This document shows, one piece after another, positions 22,249 through 32,000 of a stretch of DNA of 32,000 bases. The notes beneath the pieces were generated by a model, which was given only the letters and a program-made list of their open reading frames with translations, ran no database searches and was not told the DNA's origin. How positions within the stretch are numbered: position 1 is the stretch's first letter; the number at the start of each line of letters is the position of its first letter. The DNA is from Bifidobacterium longum subsp. longum JCM 1217 (lineage in GTDB: Bacteria > Actinomycetota > Actinomycetes > Actinomycetales > Bifidobacteriaceae). The position numbers and the translations under genes were made by a program. The stretch spans positions 1,230,001 through 1,262,000 of the forward strand of contig NC_015067.1 of assembly GCF_000196555.1 (NCBI RefSeq), read 5' to 3'.

Positions 22249-23778
22249 TCACACCCAATCGTCCGGTTCGATGCCTTGCGGACCAACGTATTCGCCGTTC
22301 GGCACATAGCTTGGCTCGCCTTTATCTTCAAGTTTGGCGTCGGCGAACATCATGACGTCACGTCCGAATGTCCAGTCGCCCTGAATGGAAACCGAGTTGG
22401 CTGCGGCCAAAGATGGCACGGCGTAGGGGAACCGTTCGTCGAAATCGCGGATGTTCTTGTAGTATCGCGGATCAAGTTCGACGTTCGGGAAGATGTAATT
22501 GCCGTCTTCCATCTCATACGTGTCCGTCAGGTGGAAGCGATCGGAACGCATAATGAACAAATCATTGGTGGTTTTCACCGGAAGGAAGCGCATACGATCC
22601 ACTTGGACGCAGATGGAACCGTTGAACAGACCGATTGCGGCACCCATGGCGGTTTCCAGCTGAATCACCTGTTCGGAGTTCGGGTCCGTGGGATTCACGG
22701 TCTTTTTGTTACGAATCACCGGCAACGGCAACACACCATCGCATTCGGCGAGCTTGTCTTTCAAAGCGTCGATGCGAATCCAGATCGAGTTGGTGTTGAA
22801 GTAAGGATGCTTGGCGATGTCTTGGGCCGCTTCCTTATCATCCGGATGGACCTGGCTCATTTCACGCAGGATCAGGCGACCAGTGGCCTTGTCTCGCACG
22901 ATATGGCCTCCCTTGCGATCGGCCTTGGTGCGGATGGCCACTTCAGCCATAAACGGGGCACCTGTGTTTTCGAAGTGCTGGGCCAACGTACGCGAGGGGC
23001 GTGCACCGAGATTGTCGGAATTGGAGATGAACAGGTACTTGAAGCCGCGCTCCTCCAATACGTCAAGCAGGCCGGACTCCCAGATGGTGGAGAACAGGTC
23101 GCCGTGGCCGGGCGGGCACCATTCCAGCTCCGGGTTCATGGGGTAGCTCACCGGTTCGCCGGTGGCGGCCACGAGTTTGGGTTCCTGATGCTGGATGATT
23201 TCCATCGGCACGTCATGCTGGCTGAACTTGCGATGATGCTTGAGCGCCTTCATCGTGTCCGCCGAAGTGTGGAAGGAGTTCATGAACGTCAGCGGCAGTT
23301 CGACGTTCAGGCGGGTGCGAGCGGTAAGCACCTGACCGATGATGATGTCGATGAAGCGCATCTGCTTGGCCTTGTGCCTACGCACCGGCAACAGCGACTT
23401 GGCCTTGTCTAATCCCATGGAGGTGCCCAGACCGCCATTGAGCTTGAGGAATGCGGTCTTGGCGAAGGCGTCCACGGCCTTGTCGTGGTTGATGGTCTCA
23501 TAGACGTCGTGGAAGCTGGGCACGTGGCCAAGCGGCTCGATGTCGTCCTCACGAATCCAGCTGGAGGCTTCTTCATGGCGCCATACGTCATACAAATGGT
23601 GGAACTGGTTGATGGCGGTTTCGCTCATGCCGTGCTCGCGCATCTTGGCGGCCGAAAGCTCGAAAGTCTCATCCACTTCGGGGGTGTTTACGGTTTCTTC
23701 GGGGGTGTCCGAGGTGACGGCGTCGGTGTCGTCAGCGGCGGCGATATCCAGTTGGGCCTTATCGTTTATTTCGGTCAA
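22249..23778 (-). CDS. ugpA: UTP--glucose-1-phosphate uridylyltransferase (UDPGP/eukaryotic-type family)
   Basis: UDPGP-family signatures LKLNGGLGTSMG and NSDNLGA. ~509 aa, the size typical of bifidobacterial UgpA. Confidence 0.75.
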   Translation of the reverse strand: MTEINDKAQLDIAAADDTDAVTSDTPEETVNTPEVDETFELSAAKMREHGMSETAINQFHHLYDVWRHEEASSWIREDDIEPLGHVPSFHDVYETINHDKAVDAFAKTAFLKLNGGLGTSMGLDKAKSLLPVRRHKAKQMRFIDIIIGQVLTARTRLNVELPLTFMNSFHTSADTMKALKHHRKFSQHDVPMEIIQHQEPKLVAATGEPVSYPMNPELEWCPPGHGDLFSTIWESGLLDVLEERGFKYLFISNSDNLGARPSRTLAQHFENTGAPFMAEVAIRTKADRKGGHIVRDKATGRLILREMSQVHPDDKEAAQDIAKHPYFNTNSIWIRIDALKDKLAECDGVLPLPVIRNKKTVNPTDPNSEQVIQLETAMGAAIGLFNGSICVQVDRMRFLPVKTTNDLFIMRSDRFHLTDTYEMEDGNYIFPNVELDPRYYKNIRDFDERFPYAVPSLAAANSVSIQGDWTFGRDVMMFADAKLEDKGEPSYVPNGEYVGPQGIEPDDWV

Positions 23779-23941
23779 TTCGGGTCCCTTTCGTCAAATC
23801 AATAGGAACCAGTCTAGCCCCTGTTTGGGGCAAACGCATACGACGGGGGTGCGGAGGCGGTGAATTGTCGGTGATAATTCATTACGAATGGCTTACAAAG
23901 GTAAGTCCGTCGTCATGTTGTCTCATATTGTCTGAAAACGG

Positions 23942-23987
23942 AAAAACCCCGGAAGACAACCACTCAAAAGTGGCAGAATTCCGGGGC
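23942..23987 (-). terminator. Rho-independent terminator downstream of tRNA-Pro
   Basis: On the minus strand: CCCCGGAA-(loop with inner hairpin CCACTTTTGAGTGG)-TTCCGGGG followed by TTTTT. Confidence 0.6.
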
Positions 23988-23994
23988 TAATCGG

Positions 23995-24068
<74 letters not shown>

Positions 24069-24132
24069 ATGGTGCAAAAGCACCGAGTAGATAATTTACC
24101 AGATATTTGAAATCTGGCAAATTACGCGCGTG

Positions 24133-26262
24133 TCACTTCCGCTTCTTCTTCTCGCGGATGTTCACGGAGATCTGAATCGGCGTGCCTTCGAAGCCGAATT
24201 CCTCGCGCAGGGAACGCTCGATGTAGCGGCGGTAGCCGTGCTCGAGGAAGCCGGTGGCGAAGATCACGAAACGCGGCGGGCGCGTGGATGCCTGCGTGGC
24301 GAAGAGGATTCGCGGCTGCTTGCCACCACGCAACGGGTGCGGGTGGGCGGCCTGAATTTTGCCGAGGAAGGCGTTGAGCTTGCCTGTAGGAATACGCTGA
24401 TCCCAGGATTCCAAGGCCTTATCCATGGCTCGCGTCAGACGGTTGGTGTGCCAGCCGGTCTTGGCGGACAGATTCACACGCTCGGCCCACATCACACGGT
24501 CGAATTCGGTGTTCCACAGGCGTTCGAGACGCTGCTTGTCGAACTCGTCCATCGCATCCCACTTATTGAACACGAGCACGATCGCACGGCCCGCATCCAC
24601 GGCTGTGGACATGACCTTCAAATCCTGATCGGATACCGGCTGCGAAGCATCAAACAGGATCAGCGCCAATTCACAGCGCTCGATGGCGGCCTGCGTGCGC
24701 AGAGAGGAATAATATTCCGCGCCTGTGAGCTTGTGCTGGCGTCGCTTGATGCCGGCCGTGTCGATGAACAGCCAGTCCTCGCCATCGATGTTGACGATTT
24801 CGTCGACGGGGTCGCGCGTAGTGCCGGCCAAATCGTTGACCACGGCACGTTCTTCGCGCGCCAGCTGATTGAGCAGAGACGACTTGCCCACGTTCGGGCG
24901 GCCCACCAGAGCCACGCGGCGCAGGCCGGAAGGCGTGAGGTAGCCGGAAGTCTTCTCGGCCTGCTTGAGCTTGTCGAGCGCGACGTCCAGCAGGTCGCCC
25001 ACTCCCCTGCCGTGCATGGCGGAAATCGAGTATGGTTCGCCGAGGCCGAGCTTCCAGAATTCGGCGGCAAGATATTCGCTGGCCTGGTCGTCGATCTTGT
25101 TGACGGCCAGCACGACCGGCTTGCCGGCGGCACGCAGCATCTTGACGATGCGCTCATCGGTGGTGGTCATGCCCACTTGACCATCGACAACGAATACCAC
25201 AGCATCGGCCAAGGTCACGGCAACCTGTGCCTGTGAGGCGATGGCGGATTCAATGCCTTCCACGTCGGCTTCCCAGCCGCCCGTGTCCACCAGCTTGAAG
25301 TCAGTGCCGGCCCATTCCGCGTCATAGCTCACACGGTCTCGCGTAACGCCCGGCGTGTCTTCCACAACGGCGGCACGGCGGCCGAGGATACGGTTGACCA
25401 GGGATGATTTGCCCACGTTCGGACGGCCTACAACAGCCAGCACACCCACCGGCTTGGGGCCGGCCTTGCGCGCGCCTTCCGTGAAACCGCGGCCGGAAAT
25501 CAGATCCTCATCGCCTTCGTCCAGCTCATAGCCTTCGAGATTGGCGGCATACTGCTCGTACTCCTGGTTCTCGATGGCGTCCTCGACCAGACCGATGAGC
25601 AGATCGAGCGTGTGGGCGAAGTCCAAATCGGAATTGTCGATGGTAGTAACGCCATCGGCGGCGGTCAGGAAGCTGGTGACCTTGGAATCGGCCTTGTCGC
25701 GCGCAGCCACATCCTCAGCACCCACGCCCTTGACGGCTTGGCCGGTGCGACGGGCCTGACGGACCTCCTCACGGGCGGTCAGCAGCACGCGCACCTCGGC
25801 GTCCGGGGACACCACGGTGGTGATATCGCGGCCCTCGGCCACGATGCCCAAACCCCCGGAGAAGGAGTCGGCCGACGCTTCGCGGGCGATGTAGGCGCGC
25901 TGGGCGGCGATGAGCACGTTGCGCACCGGGATGACGTTCGACACCTTGGAGACATGGCTGGAGACTTCGGAGGAACGAATGGCCTCGGAGATGTCCTCGT
26001 CGTCGGCGAATACGCGGGGGTTGTCCGGGTCCACGGAGATATCGAAATGGTCGCCGGTGAAGAACTCGCCCACCGCTTCGGTGATGACACGCTCATCCAC
26101 GGTTTCGGCGTCCAGATCGATGTCCTGCTTCAGACACCACCAAGCGCAGGCACGATACATCGCGCCCGTGTCAAGGTAAGCGTATCCGAAATACTTGGCC
26201 AGCGCCTTGGACGTGGACGACTTGCCCACGCCGGCGGGGCCGTCGATGGCAACGCGAATCAC
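24133..26262 (-). CDS. der: Bifunctional cytidylate kinase / ribosome-associated GTPase Der (EngA) fusion
   Basis: N-terminal Cmk region ([19 protein letters not shown]...LDTGAMYR). Then two GTPase domains with G1 motifs [10 protein letters not shown] (twice) and DTGG/DTAG, plus a KH-like C-terminus. Confidence 0.9.
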   Translation of the reverse strand: MIRVAIDGPAGVGKSSTSKALAKYFGYAYLDTGAMYRACAWWCLKQDIDLDAETVDERVITEAVGEFFTGDHFDISVDPDNPRVFADDEDISEAIRSSEVSSHVSKVSNVIPVRNVLIAAQRAYIAREASADSFSGGLGIVAEGRDITTVVSPDAEVRVLLTAREEVRQARRTGQAVKGVGAEDVAARDKADSKVTSFLTAADGVTTIDNSDLDFAHTLDLLIGLVEDAIENQEYEQYAANLEGYELDEGDEDLISGRGFTEGARKAGPKPVGVLAVVGRPNVGKSSLVNRILGRRAAVVEDTPGVTRDRVSYDAEWAGTDFKLVDTGGWEADVEGIESAIASQAQVAVTLADAVVFVVDGQVGMTTTDERIVKMLRAAGKPVVLAVNKIDDQASEYLAAEFWKLGLGEPYSISAMHGRGVGDLLDVALDKLKQAEKTSGYLTPSGLRRVALVGRPNVGKSSLLNQLAREERAVVNDLAGTTRDPVDEIVNIDGEDWLFIDTAGIKRRQHKLTGAEYYSSLRTQAAIERCELALILFDASQPVSDQDLKVMSTAVDAGRAIVLVFNKWDAMDEFDKQRLERLWNTEFDRVMWAERVNLSAKTGWHTNRLTRAMDKALESWDQRIPTGKLNAFLGKIQAAHPHPLRGGKQPRILFATQASTRPPRFVIFATGFLEHGYRRYIERSLREEFGFEGTPIQISVNIREKKKRK

Positions 26263-27029
26263 AGACCAACCTCCTTGGACAGCGAACGGACTTCCGTCTG
26301 GGACAGCACGCGGTAGGAACCGGGCTTCAAATCACCGAGCTTGATCGGGCCGATCTGGGTGCGCACCAAGCGCTTGACCGGGAAGCCGATTGAGCCGAAG
26401 ATACGTCGCACGATGCGGTTCTTGCCGGAGTGCAGCACGACCTTGACCATCGTGTGGTCACGCGAGGAGTCGATGATCGCGCAGTGGTCGAGCTTGATCC
26501 AGCCGTCGTCGAGCTGCACGCCGGTGGTCACGAGTCGACGGCACACGGTGCCGGAGATCTTGCCTTCCAGCGTAGCGACGTAGGTCTTCTCGACCTCGTA
26601 CTTGGGGTGCATGACGTGCTGCGAGAGCTCGCCGTCGTTCGTCATGAGGATAAGACCCTCGGAATCGTAGTCGAGACGGCCCATGTGGAAGATGCGCTCG
26701 TACTTGTCGCCCACGATGTCGCGCAGCGTGTAGCGGCCCTTCGGGTCGTCCATGGCGGAGAGCACCTTGCGGGGCTTGTTCAGCGCCAGAGTGACGTGGT
26801 TCGGATTGACGCGTACGCGCGAACCGTCTACGCGCACCTGCTGCTTATGAGGGTCAACGCGAGTTCCGAGCTCGGTGACCAGTTCACCGTCGACCTCGAC
26901 ACGGCCTTCGGTGATCATGTCCTCGCACTTGCGGCGGGAACCGAATCCCGCTTGGGCAAGCAGCTTCTGGAGTCGAATGGAATTGGAATCGTCTTGCGCT
27001 TTCGCAGCGCGGGAATATGCGTTTGGCAT
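26259..27029 (-). CDS. rluB: RsuA/RluB-family rRNA pseudouridine synthase
   Basis: S4 domain ([30 protein letters not shown]) and catalytic motif [17 protein letters not shown]. Overlaps the cmk-der start by 4 nt. Confidence 0.8.
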   Translation of the reverse strand: MPNAYSRAAKAQDDSNSIRLQKLLAQAGFGSRRKCEDMITEGRVEVDGELVTELGTRVDPHKQQVRVDGSRVRVNPNHVTLALNKPRKVLSAMDDPKGRYTLRDIVGDKYERIFHMGRLDYDSEGLILMTNDGELSQHVMHPKYEVEKTYVATLEGKISGTVCRRLVTTGVQLDDGWIKLDHCAIIDSSRDHTMVKVVLHSGKNRIVRRIFGSIGFPVKRLVRTQIGPIKLGDLKPGSYRVLSQTEVRSLSKEVGL

Positions 27030-27224
27030 CGTTCTCCCAACGTGGCCGGACAGATTCTGTCATCGCAGAGACTGTCGATTTGTATACATACTTCAGAGTT
27101 GGCGGACTGGAATCCCAGTCAATTCCAACCTATATATCATACCGCAACGTAGGACTGCTGCTAGACTGGCAACCGTTTGTGCGGGTTCGCCCGTCTTCCA
27201 ACAGATGAAAAGGAATGAACAATC

Positions 27225-28193
27225 ATGGAAGAAACCAAGCAACAGCCGCTGGCTCTGCGCGTGTGCGCCGAATTGGCCGGCAGCTTCCTGCTGTGCTTTG
27301 CCATTTACGCCTTCTCCACATGGGGTTCGGCCGTGTATGGCATCAATATCGTGTTCTTCGCGTTGGCTACCGGCTTGGCATATGCCGCAGTCACCGCCAT
27401 CTTCTCCCGCGTGTCCGGTGGCCAGCTGAATCCGGCCATCACCGTAGCCTCCGTGCTGGTTTCCAAGACGAAAATCCTGGATGGCATCCTCTATGTGATC
27501 GCTCAGGTCATCGGTGCCATCGCCGCCGGCTTCGCCGTGGTCAAGCTGCTGCCCACATCCGAGCAGGTAGCTGCCAAAGTGTGGCTGACTCCGGCCGTTA
27601 ACGGTTTCGAAAACGGCTCCGTGTCTTACTCGCTGCTGACCCAGTATGGCATTACGTTCTCGATTACGCTGGCGATTGTCGTCGAGGTCGTTGCCTCTCT
27701 GATTGTCGTTGCCACCGCCATGTCTTCTCTGGGTGATCACGGCGAGTCCTCGGACCGTCATGTCATTGCCATGGGTCTTGCCTATGGTCTGGCCACCGCC
27801 ATCAGCTACCCGGTTACCGGTGCCGGTCTCAATCCCGCCCGTTCCACCGGCATCGCACTGGCCGCGATGAATGAGGGTCTTACGCAAAATCCGCTGCAGC
27901 AGCTGTGGGTATTCTGGATTAGCCCGGTCTTGGCCGCCGCTGTGGTGGCGTTGGTCATGATCATCGCGCAGATGATGACCACTCCCAAAGTGCCGGCTGC
28001 CGCCGATCTTCCGCAGACGGATGCCGATGCAAACGCGGACACGCTCGACGATGGCGAATTCTTCGATCAGGCCGCCTCGTCTGATGGCGATTCAGCGGAA
28101 AAAGATGTTGCCGAAGAGTCCAAAGAAGCTGAAGTAGGTAATCAGCAGGCCGATTCCCAAGGCGATGCCGATGAAGGAGTCGAACGCCACTGA
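27225..28193 (+). CDS. MIP/aquaporin-family channel with a long acidic C-terminal tail
   Basis: Two NPA boxes (GGQLNPAITVA and GAGLNPARSTG), six hydrophobic segments, and a ~75-aa D/E-rich tail. Confidence 0.85.
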   Translation: MEETKQQPLALRVCAELAGSFLLCFAIYAFSTWGSAVYGINIVFFALATGLAYAAVTAIFSRVSGGQLNPAITVASVLVSKTKILDGILYVIAQVIGAIAAGFAVVKLLPTSEQVAAKVWLTPAVNGFENGSVSYSLLTQYGITFSITLAIVVEVVASLIVVATAMSSLGDHGESSDRHVIAMGLAYGLATAISYPVTGAGLNPARSTGIALAAMNEGLTQNPLQQLWVFWISPVLAAAVVALVMIIAQMMTTPKVPAAADLPQTDADANADTLDDGEFFDQAASSDGDSAEKDVAEESKEAEVGNQQADSQGDADEGVERH

Positions 28194-28394
28194 GCGCACT
28201 TTCCATGGGCTTCTGTCCTGAAGAATCAGGCGAACAAGCCCGGTGATGATGGCCGTCACGGCAAGTATGACCGTGGCGGCCATCGTATATCCGAAAGCAA
28301 CCAGCAGTGTGATGACGGCGACGACGCCGAGTACGCACCATTCAAACCATGGCTTGCCCTCATGTGCTTCGGATACATAGGGATGGTTGTGCAT
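28092..28394 (-). CDS. Small membrane protein (DUF3017-like)
   Basis: 100 aa with three or four hydrophobic helices. Actinobacterial position next to purH. Convergent 102-bp overlap with the aquaporin tail. Confidence 0.5.
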   Translation of the reverse strand: MHNHPYVSEAHEGKPWFEWCVLGVVAVITLLVAFGYTMAATVILAVTAIITGLVRLILQDRSPWKVRSVAFDSFIGIALGIGLLITYFSFFGLFGNIFFR

Positions 28395-28447
28395 GTTGCG
28401 ATTCCTTCTGTCGAACGGTTACGTGACCACAATAGCAGGCGAATAGC

Positions 28448-28500
28448 AAAGGTGGGATTCCGCTTGGACCCGTTGACGGGTCAGGCGGAATCCCACCTTT
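28448..28500. terminator. Long stem-loop between purH and the DUF3017-like gene
   Basis: 16-bp arms AAAGGTGGGATTCCGC / GCGGAATCCCACCTTT enclosing an inner hairpin GACCCGTTGACGGGTC. A T-rich run (GTGCGTTTT) follows on the plus strand. Confidence 0.6.
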
Positions 28501-28539
28501 GTGCGTTTTGGCTGAGCTGCTCCCCTCAGAGAGTCCCGA

Positions 28540-30177
28540 TCAGTGGAAGAAGTGGCGGGTGCCGGTGAGGTACATGGTCACGCCGGCCTTCTTGGCCGCT
28601 TCGATGACCTCCTCATCGCGGATGGAGCCGCCAGGCTGCACGATGGCCTTGACGCCCGCGTCGATAAGCACCTGGGCACCATCGGCGAACGGGAAGAACG
28701 CATCGGATGCCGCGACCGCACCGGTGGCGCGATCGGCACCATCGGCCAGCGTGTTGGCGCGCTCGACGGCCAAATGGCAGGAGTCCACGCGGTTGACTTG
28801 GCCCATGCCGATGCCAACCGTGGCCTGGTCGTGGGCCAGCAGGATGGCGTTGGACTTCACGCAGCGGATTGCACGCCATGCGAACACGAGGTCCTTCAGC
28901 GTGTCAGCGTCGGCGGCCTCGCCGGCCACGAGCTTCCAGGCGTCCGGATCGTCGCCGACGGCGTTGATCAGATCAGTGTCCTGCACAAGCAGGCCGCCAT
29001 CGATCTGGCGGATGGCCTCGTGGCCCTTCGGCGGCTCGGCCACCTCGAGGATGCGCAGGTTCTTCTTCTTGGTCTGCAGCAGTTCGAGCGCGGCCGGCTC
29101 ATAGTCGGGGGCGACGATGACTTCGGTGAAAATCGGGCGCACGCTTTCGGCCATCTCAAGGGTGACCTTGGAGTTGCAGGCGATCACACCGCCGTAGGCG
29201 CTCATCGGGTCGCAGGCGTGAGCCTTCTTGTGGGCCTCGGCCGCGGTCGCGCCGATGGCCAGACCGCACGGATTGTTGTGCTTGACTACGGCCACGGCAA
29301 TGGCGGGAGCCATATCCCATACGGTGCGCCAGGCGGCGTCCGCGTCCACGTAGTTGTTGTAGCTCATCGGCTTGCCGCCGAGCTGCTCGGCGTGGGCGAA
29401 ACCGGTCTGGTTGAGCGGGTCGATGTAGAGGGCGGCCTGCTGGTGGGAGTTCTCGCCGTAGCGCAGGGTGTGCGCACGATCCCAGGTGCGGGTGAACTGG
29501 GCCGGGAACTTGGCGGAATCGACTTCAGTGCCCTGATCGTCCTTGTCCACCTCGACGGCGTCCAGAGAGGCCGGCTTGGGCCAGTGCTTGGCGGTCCACT
29601 CGTTGATGGTGGCGTCATAGGCGGCGGTGTGCGCGAAGGCCTTGGCGGCAAGCCACTTGCGCTCGTCCAAGGAGAAGCCGGTGCCGTCGGCCACGCGGGA
29701 GGCGACCAGTGCATAATCGGCCGGGTCGGTGACGATGGCCACGGTGGCGTGGTTCTTGGCCGCGCCGCGCACCATGGAGGGGCCGCCGATGTCGATCTTC
29801 TCGATGGTATCGGCCTCGTTGGCGCCGGAGCGCACGGTGTCGGCGAACGGGTACAGGTTGACGACCACCAAGTCGAACGGCTTGATGCCGAACTCCTCGA
29901 GCTGCTTGGCATGCTCGGGGTTGGTCATATCAGCCAGAATACCGGCGTGAATGTACGGGTGCAGCGTCTTGACGCGGCCGTCGAGGCATTCGGGGAATCC
30001 GGTGACATCGGACACCTCGGCTACTTTGACGCCCAGTTCGGCAAGCTTCTTGGCGGTCGAACCAGTGGAAACGACTTCGGTGCCGGCCTTCACGAACGCT
30101 TCCGCGAGTACTTCGATGCCTTCCTTATGAAAGACCGAGACCAGTGCTCGACGTATCGGTCGGTTCGTGTTTGTCAT
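28540..30177 (-). CDS. purH: Bifunctional AICAR formyltransferase / IMP cyclohydrolase PurH
   Basis: N-terminal MGS-like [12 protein letters not shown] and TGSTAK. C-terminal AICARFT motifs ([25 protein letters not shown]). Confidence 0.92.
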   Translation of the reverse strand: MTNTNRPIRRALVSVFHKEGIEVLAEAFVKAGTEVVSTGSTAKKLAELGVKVAEVSDVTGFPECLDGRVKTLHPYIHAGILADMTNPEHAKQLEEFGIKPFDLVVVNLYPFADTVRSGANEADTIEKIDIGGPSMVRGAAKNHATVAIVTDPADYALVASRVADGTGFSLDERKWLAAKAFAHTAAYDATINEWTAKHWPKPASLDAVEVDKDDQGTEVDSAKFPAQFTRTWDRAHTLRYGENSHQQAALYIDPLNQTGFAHAEQLGGKPMSYNNYVDADAAWRTVWDMAPAIAVAVVKHNNPCGLAIGATAAEAHKKAHACDPMSAYGGVIACNSKVTLEMAESVRPIFTEVIVAPDYEPAALELLQTKKKNLRILEVAEPPKGHEAIRQIDGGLLVQDTDLINAVGDDPDAWKLVAGEAADADTLKDLVFAWRAIRCVKSNAILLAHDQATVGIGMGQVNRVDSCHLAVERANTLADGADRATGAVAASDAFFPFADGAQVLIDAGVKAIVQPGGSIRDEEVIEAAKKAGVTMYLTGTRHFFH

Positions 30178-31504
30178 CCTGTTCCTCCTTGGATTCTTGT
30201 GGTTGTGACGCTAGGAACCGCGCCTGATGAACGGTGGCGGTCTTCGATGTCGCGGCGGTGGTGCGGGAATCCTTGATTCTCTCAACCAACCAGACTATCG
30301 GAAAAACGAGCGCTGTGCCAATCAGCGCGAGCAGCCATGCCGCGGTAAGTCCCAGTGCGGTCGAATGACCGACGACTCTGGTGGAGGCCATGACGTCGAC
30401 GCCTATGTGAGCAAGACGATGATCGCCAAGCGATCCATTGGACAGAGCGAACAGCAATGTGGATGCCAGTGAGATCAGCATCGCGCTCAGGCAGAATGCC
30501 CCGGCGGAGTAGATCAGCGAAACCAGTACCGGGCCGCGGGTGGACGTATCCCGTACATTCAACGGTCTGCAGGCGAATCCTTGCGGTAGGAATACAGCCA
30601 GCAGGCCCACGAGCGCAGCGATGGCGAGAGGCGCGTTCAAGGCAACGGTACGCCATAGTTCGCTGCTGACCGGTTCGGGCAGAATACCGAATACCGGAAT
30701 TGCAGGAAGCTCTTTGGATTGGCCGAGCCATAATGTGAAACTGGCCAAATCACCGATGGCGAATCCGCCGCCGAAGAGCCAGGAAACAGCCCAGAGCATG
30801 ACGTTGGGTAGCCAGATCAGCATGGCGACGGTGGTGAGAATTCGTGAACCTGTTTCCATCCCGGACAATTCGAACAACGATACGACAGCGGCATGGTTGC
30901 GTACCGACCATACGATGACGGTAATCAATCCAATTGCCAGATATATGCTCAGTATCGCGACGGCCAAGGCGACGCCGATTTTCAGGCAGTGGCGTATGTC
31001 CGCCGGCACCTGCTTGCGAGTCCAGTCCCTGAATGCTCGCATTTTGGCTGATTCCGGTACGGCTGCGCATAGGAAACCGATCGAGAATACGATGGCTGCT
31101 TTCAGCAACACCAGCCACTGGTCATCGACAAGACCTAGGTGCACGGATTGCCGGAATGCCTCGTTCAACCCGAGCCAAACAATCAATCCGGCAACATACG
31201 CATGCGGCCCGTATGCCTTGATTCGCATGGTGAGTGCATTGATCAGCCATATCAGCAGTATGGTCAACAGCAATGGCGTGATGGTGAGGGTGAACGAATC
31301 GGTTCTAAAGCCCGATCCCTCACTCAGAAGCACAACGGCCTGTGTCAGCGAGGTTGTGCCGACGGTGAGATTGTCGCCGCCCTCTTCCATAGAGACGACC
31401 AATAACATCAGCGCTGTATAGCAGCCTAATGCAACGGCATAGATGGCCATGGATGCGAGGGCGACTATGGCTCCCCGCACCCATTGGCGAATCACGGCTT
31501 TCAT
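30125..31504 (-). CDS. Polytopic membrane protein, PerM-like (DUF6350-type), in the conserved sucD-perM-pur position
   Basis: ~10 predicted hydrophobic helices. Start taken at the ATG at 31504, just after the sucD stop. The longer ORF to 31720 would overlap sucD. Synteny with mycobacterial sucCD...perM-purN-purH is from established knowledge. The 3' end overlaps the purH start by 53 nt. Confidence 0.6.
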   Translation of the reverse strand: MKAVIRQWVRGAIVALASMAIYAVALGCYTALMLLVVSMEEGGDNLTVGTTSLTQAVVLLSEGSGFRTDSFTLTITPLLLTILLIWLINALTMRIKAYGPHAYVAGLIVWLGLNEAFRQSVHLGLVDDQWLVLLKAAIVFSIGFLCAAVPESAKMRAFRDWTRKQVPADIRHCLKIGVALAVAILSIYLAIGLITVIVWSVRNHAAVVSLFELSGMETGSRILTTVAMLIWLPNVMLWAVSWLFGGGFAIGDLASFTLWLGQSKELPAIPVFGILPEPVSSELWRTVALNAPLAIAALVGLLAVFLPQGFACRPLNVRDTSTRGPVLVSLIYSAGAFCLSAMLISLASTLLFALSNGSLGDHRLAHIGVDVMASTRVVGHSTALGLTAAWLLALIGTALVFPIVWLVERIKDSRTTAATSKTATVHQARFLASQPQESKEEQDDKHEPTDTSSTGLGLS

Positions 31505-31523
31505 CACGATTGGTTGGAACCGA

Positions 31524-32000
31524 TCAGTCGATGTTGGCCTTGGCGAGTACGTCACGCATGATTTCGGCGGCCTGGCCCGGGGTCTTGCCCACGGGGATGC
31601 CCGCCGCCTCGAGCGCGTTCTTCTTGTCCTGGGCGGTGCCCTTGCCTCCGGAGACGATGGCGCCGGCGTGGCCCATCTGCTTGCCTTCGGGGGCGGTGAA
31701 ACCGGCGATGTAGGCGACAACCGGCTTGGTCATGTGCTCCTTGGCCCATGCGGCGGCGTCCTGTTCGGCGAAGCCGCCGATTTCGCCGATCATCATGACA
31801 GCCTTGGTGTCGGGGTCGGCTTCGAATGCCTGCAGGGCTTCCAGCAGCGTCGTGCCGACGATCGGGTCGCCGCCGGCGCCGAGACAGGCGGTGAAGCCGA
31901 TATCGGACAATTCGCCCATGAGCTGGTAGGTGAGGGTGCCGGATTTGGAGACCAGTCCGAGCGGGCCGCGGCCGACGATGCCGTCGGGGATGATGCCCAG
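31524..32000 (-). CDS. sucD: Succinyl-CoA ligase (ADP-forming) alpha subunit SucD, 3' part; N-terminus lies beyond the window
   Basis: In-frame translation to the window edge gives [35 protein letters not shown]...[14 protein letters not shown], covering the SucD CoA-ligase motifs and the phosphohistidine loop. Confidence 0.9.
   Translation of the reverse strand: MGIIPDGIVGRGPLGLVSKSGTLTYQLMGELSDIGFTACLGAGGDPIVGTTLLEALQAFEADPDTKAVMMIGEIGGFAEQDAAAWAKEHMTKPVVAYIAGFTAPEGKQMGHAGAIVSGGKGTAQDKKNALEAAGIPVGKTPGQAAEIMRDVLAKANID

Noticed and set aside
23833-23842. AACGCATAC upstream of the UGPase gene as another copy of the island operator half-site.
   Set aside because: It is a single unpaired half-site in core DNA. 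An 8-mer is expected about once per 32 kb on two strands, so it is best treated as chance. It is kept as a caution on the specificity of the half-site alone.
31505-31720. 72-codon N-terminal extension of the PerM-like ORF (ORF 30125..31720).
   Set aside because: It would overlap the 3' end of sucD in another frame and is P/R/S-rich. The ATG at 31504 begins the hydrophobic protein directly after the sucD stop.

Overview
This is a high-GC actinobacterial chromosomal segment. The gene content of the right half (fused cmk-der, UDPGP-type UTP-glucose-1-phosphate uridylyltransferase, rbpA, helY, a PafBC-like WYL protein, sucD/PerM-like/purH synteny) looks Bifidobacterium-like; that assignment is inference. 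The window has two parts.

(1) Positions 1 to ~15,650 are a visibly GC-richer accessory island with the character of an integrative or conjugative element, or a prophage remnant.
- It opens with a non-coding 458-bp-period direct repeat packed with 20 copies of GTATGCAT/ATGCATAC.
- Next comes an apparently intact IS21-family element (istA/istB).
- The cargo follows: a tandem RusA-like protein, two LRV-repeat proteins, a VRR-NUC nuclease, an LAATG-anchored surface protein with cadherin-like repeats, a decayed serine-recombinase fragment, a Replic_Relax-like protein, a membrane-anchored NERD protein, an SNF2 helicase and an Xis-type HTH protein.
- No integrase, relaxase or type IV secretion gene lies inside the window, so the element either continues to the left or is a remnant.

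(2) Positions ~15,670 to 32,000 are conserved core genes, almost all on the minus strand: HAD hydrolase, rbpA, helY, WYL/PafBC-like, UGPase, tRNA-Pro(GGG), cmk-der, rluB, an aquaporin (plus strand), a DUF3017-like protein, purH, a PerM-like membrane protein and partial sucD.

The most interesting signals:
- the GTATGCAT motif array;
- a related near-palindromic half-site (GTATGCGTC/GACGCATAC) recurring in all three divergent promoter regions of the island;
- a conserved N-terminal module (RSHxPxGxPxG) shared by three otherwise unrelated island proteins;
- nuclease/helicase cargo in unusual arrangements (LRV+VRR-NUC coupling; TM-NERD converging on SNF2).

All family assignments come from reading motifs by eye. 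No searches were run.
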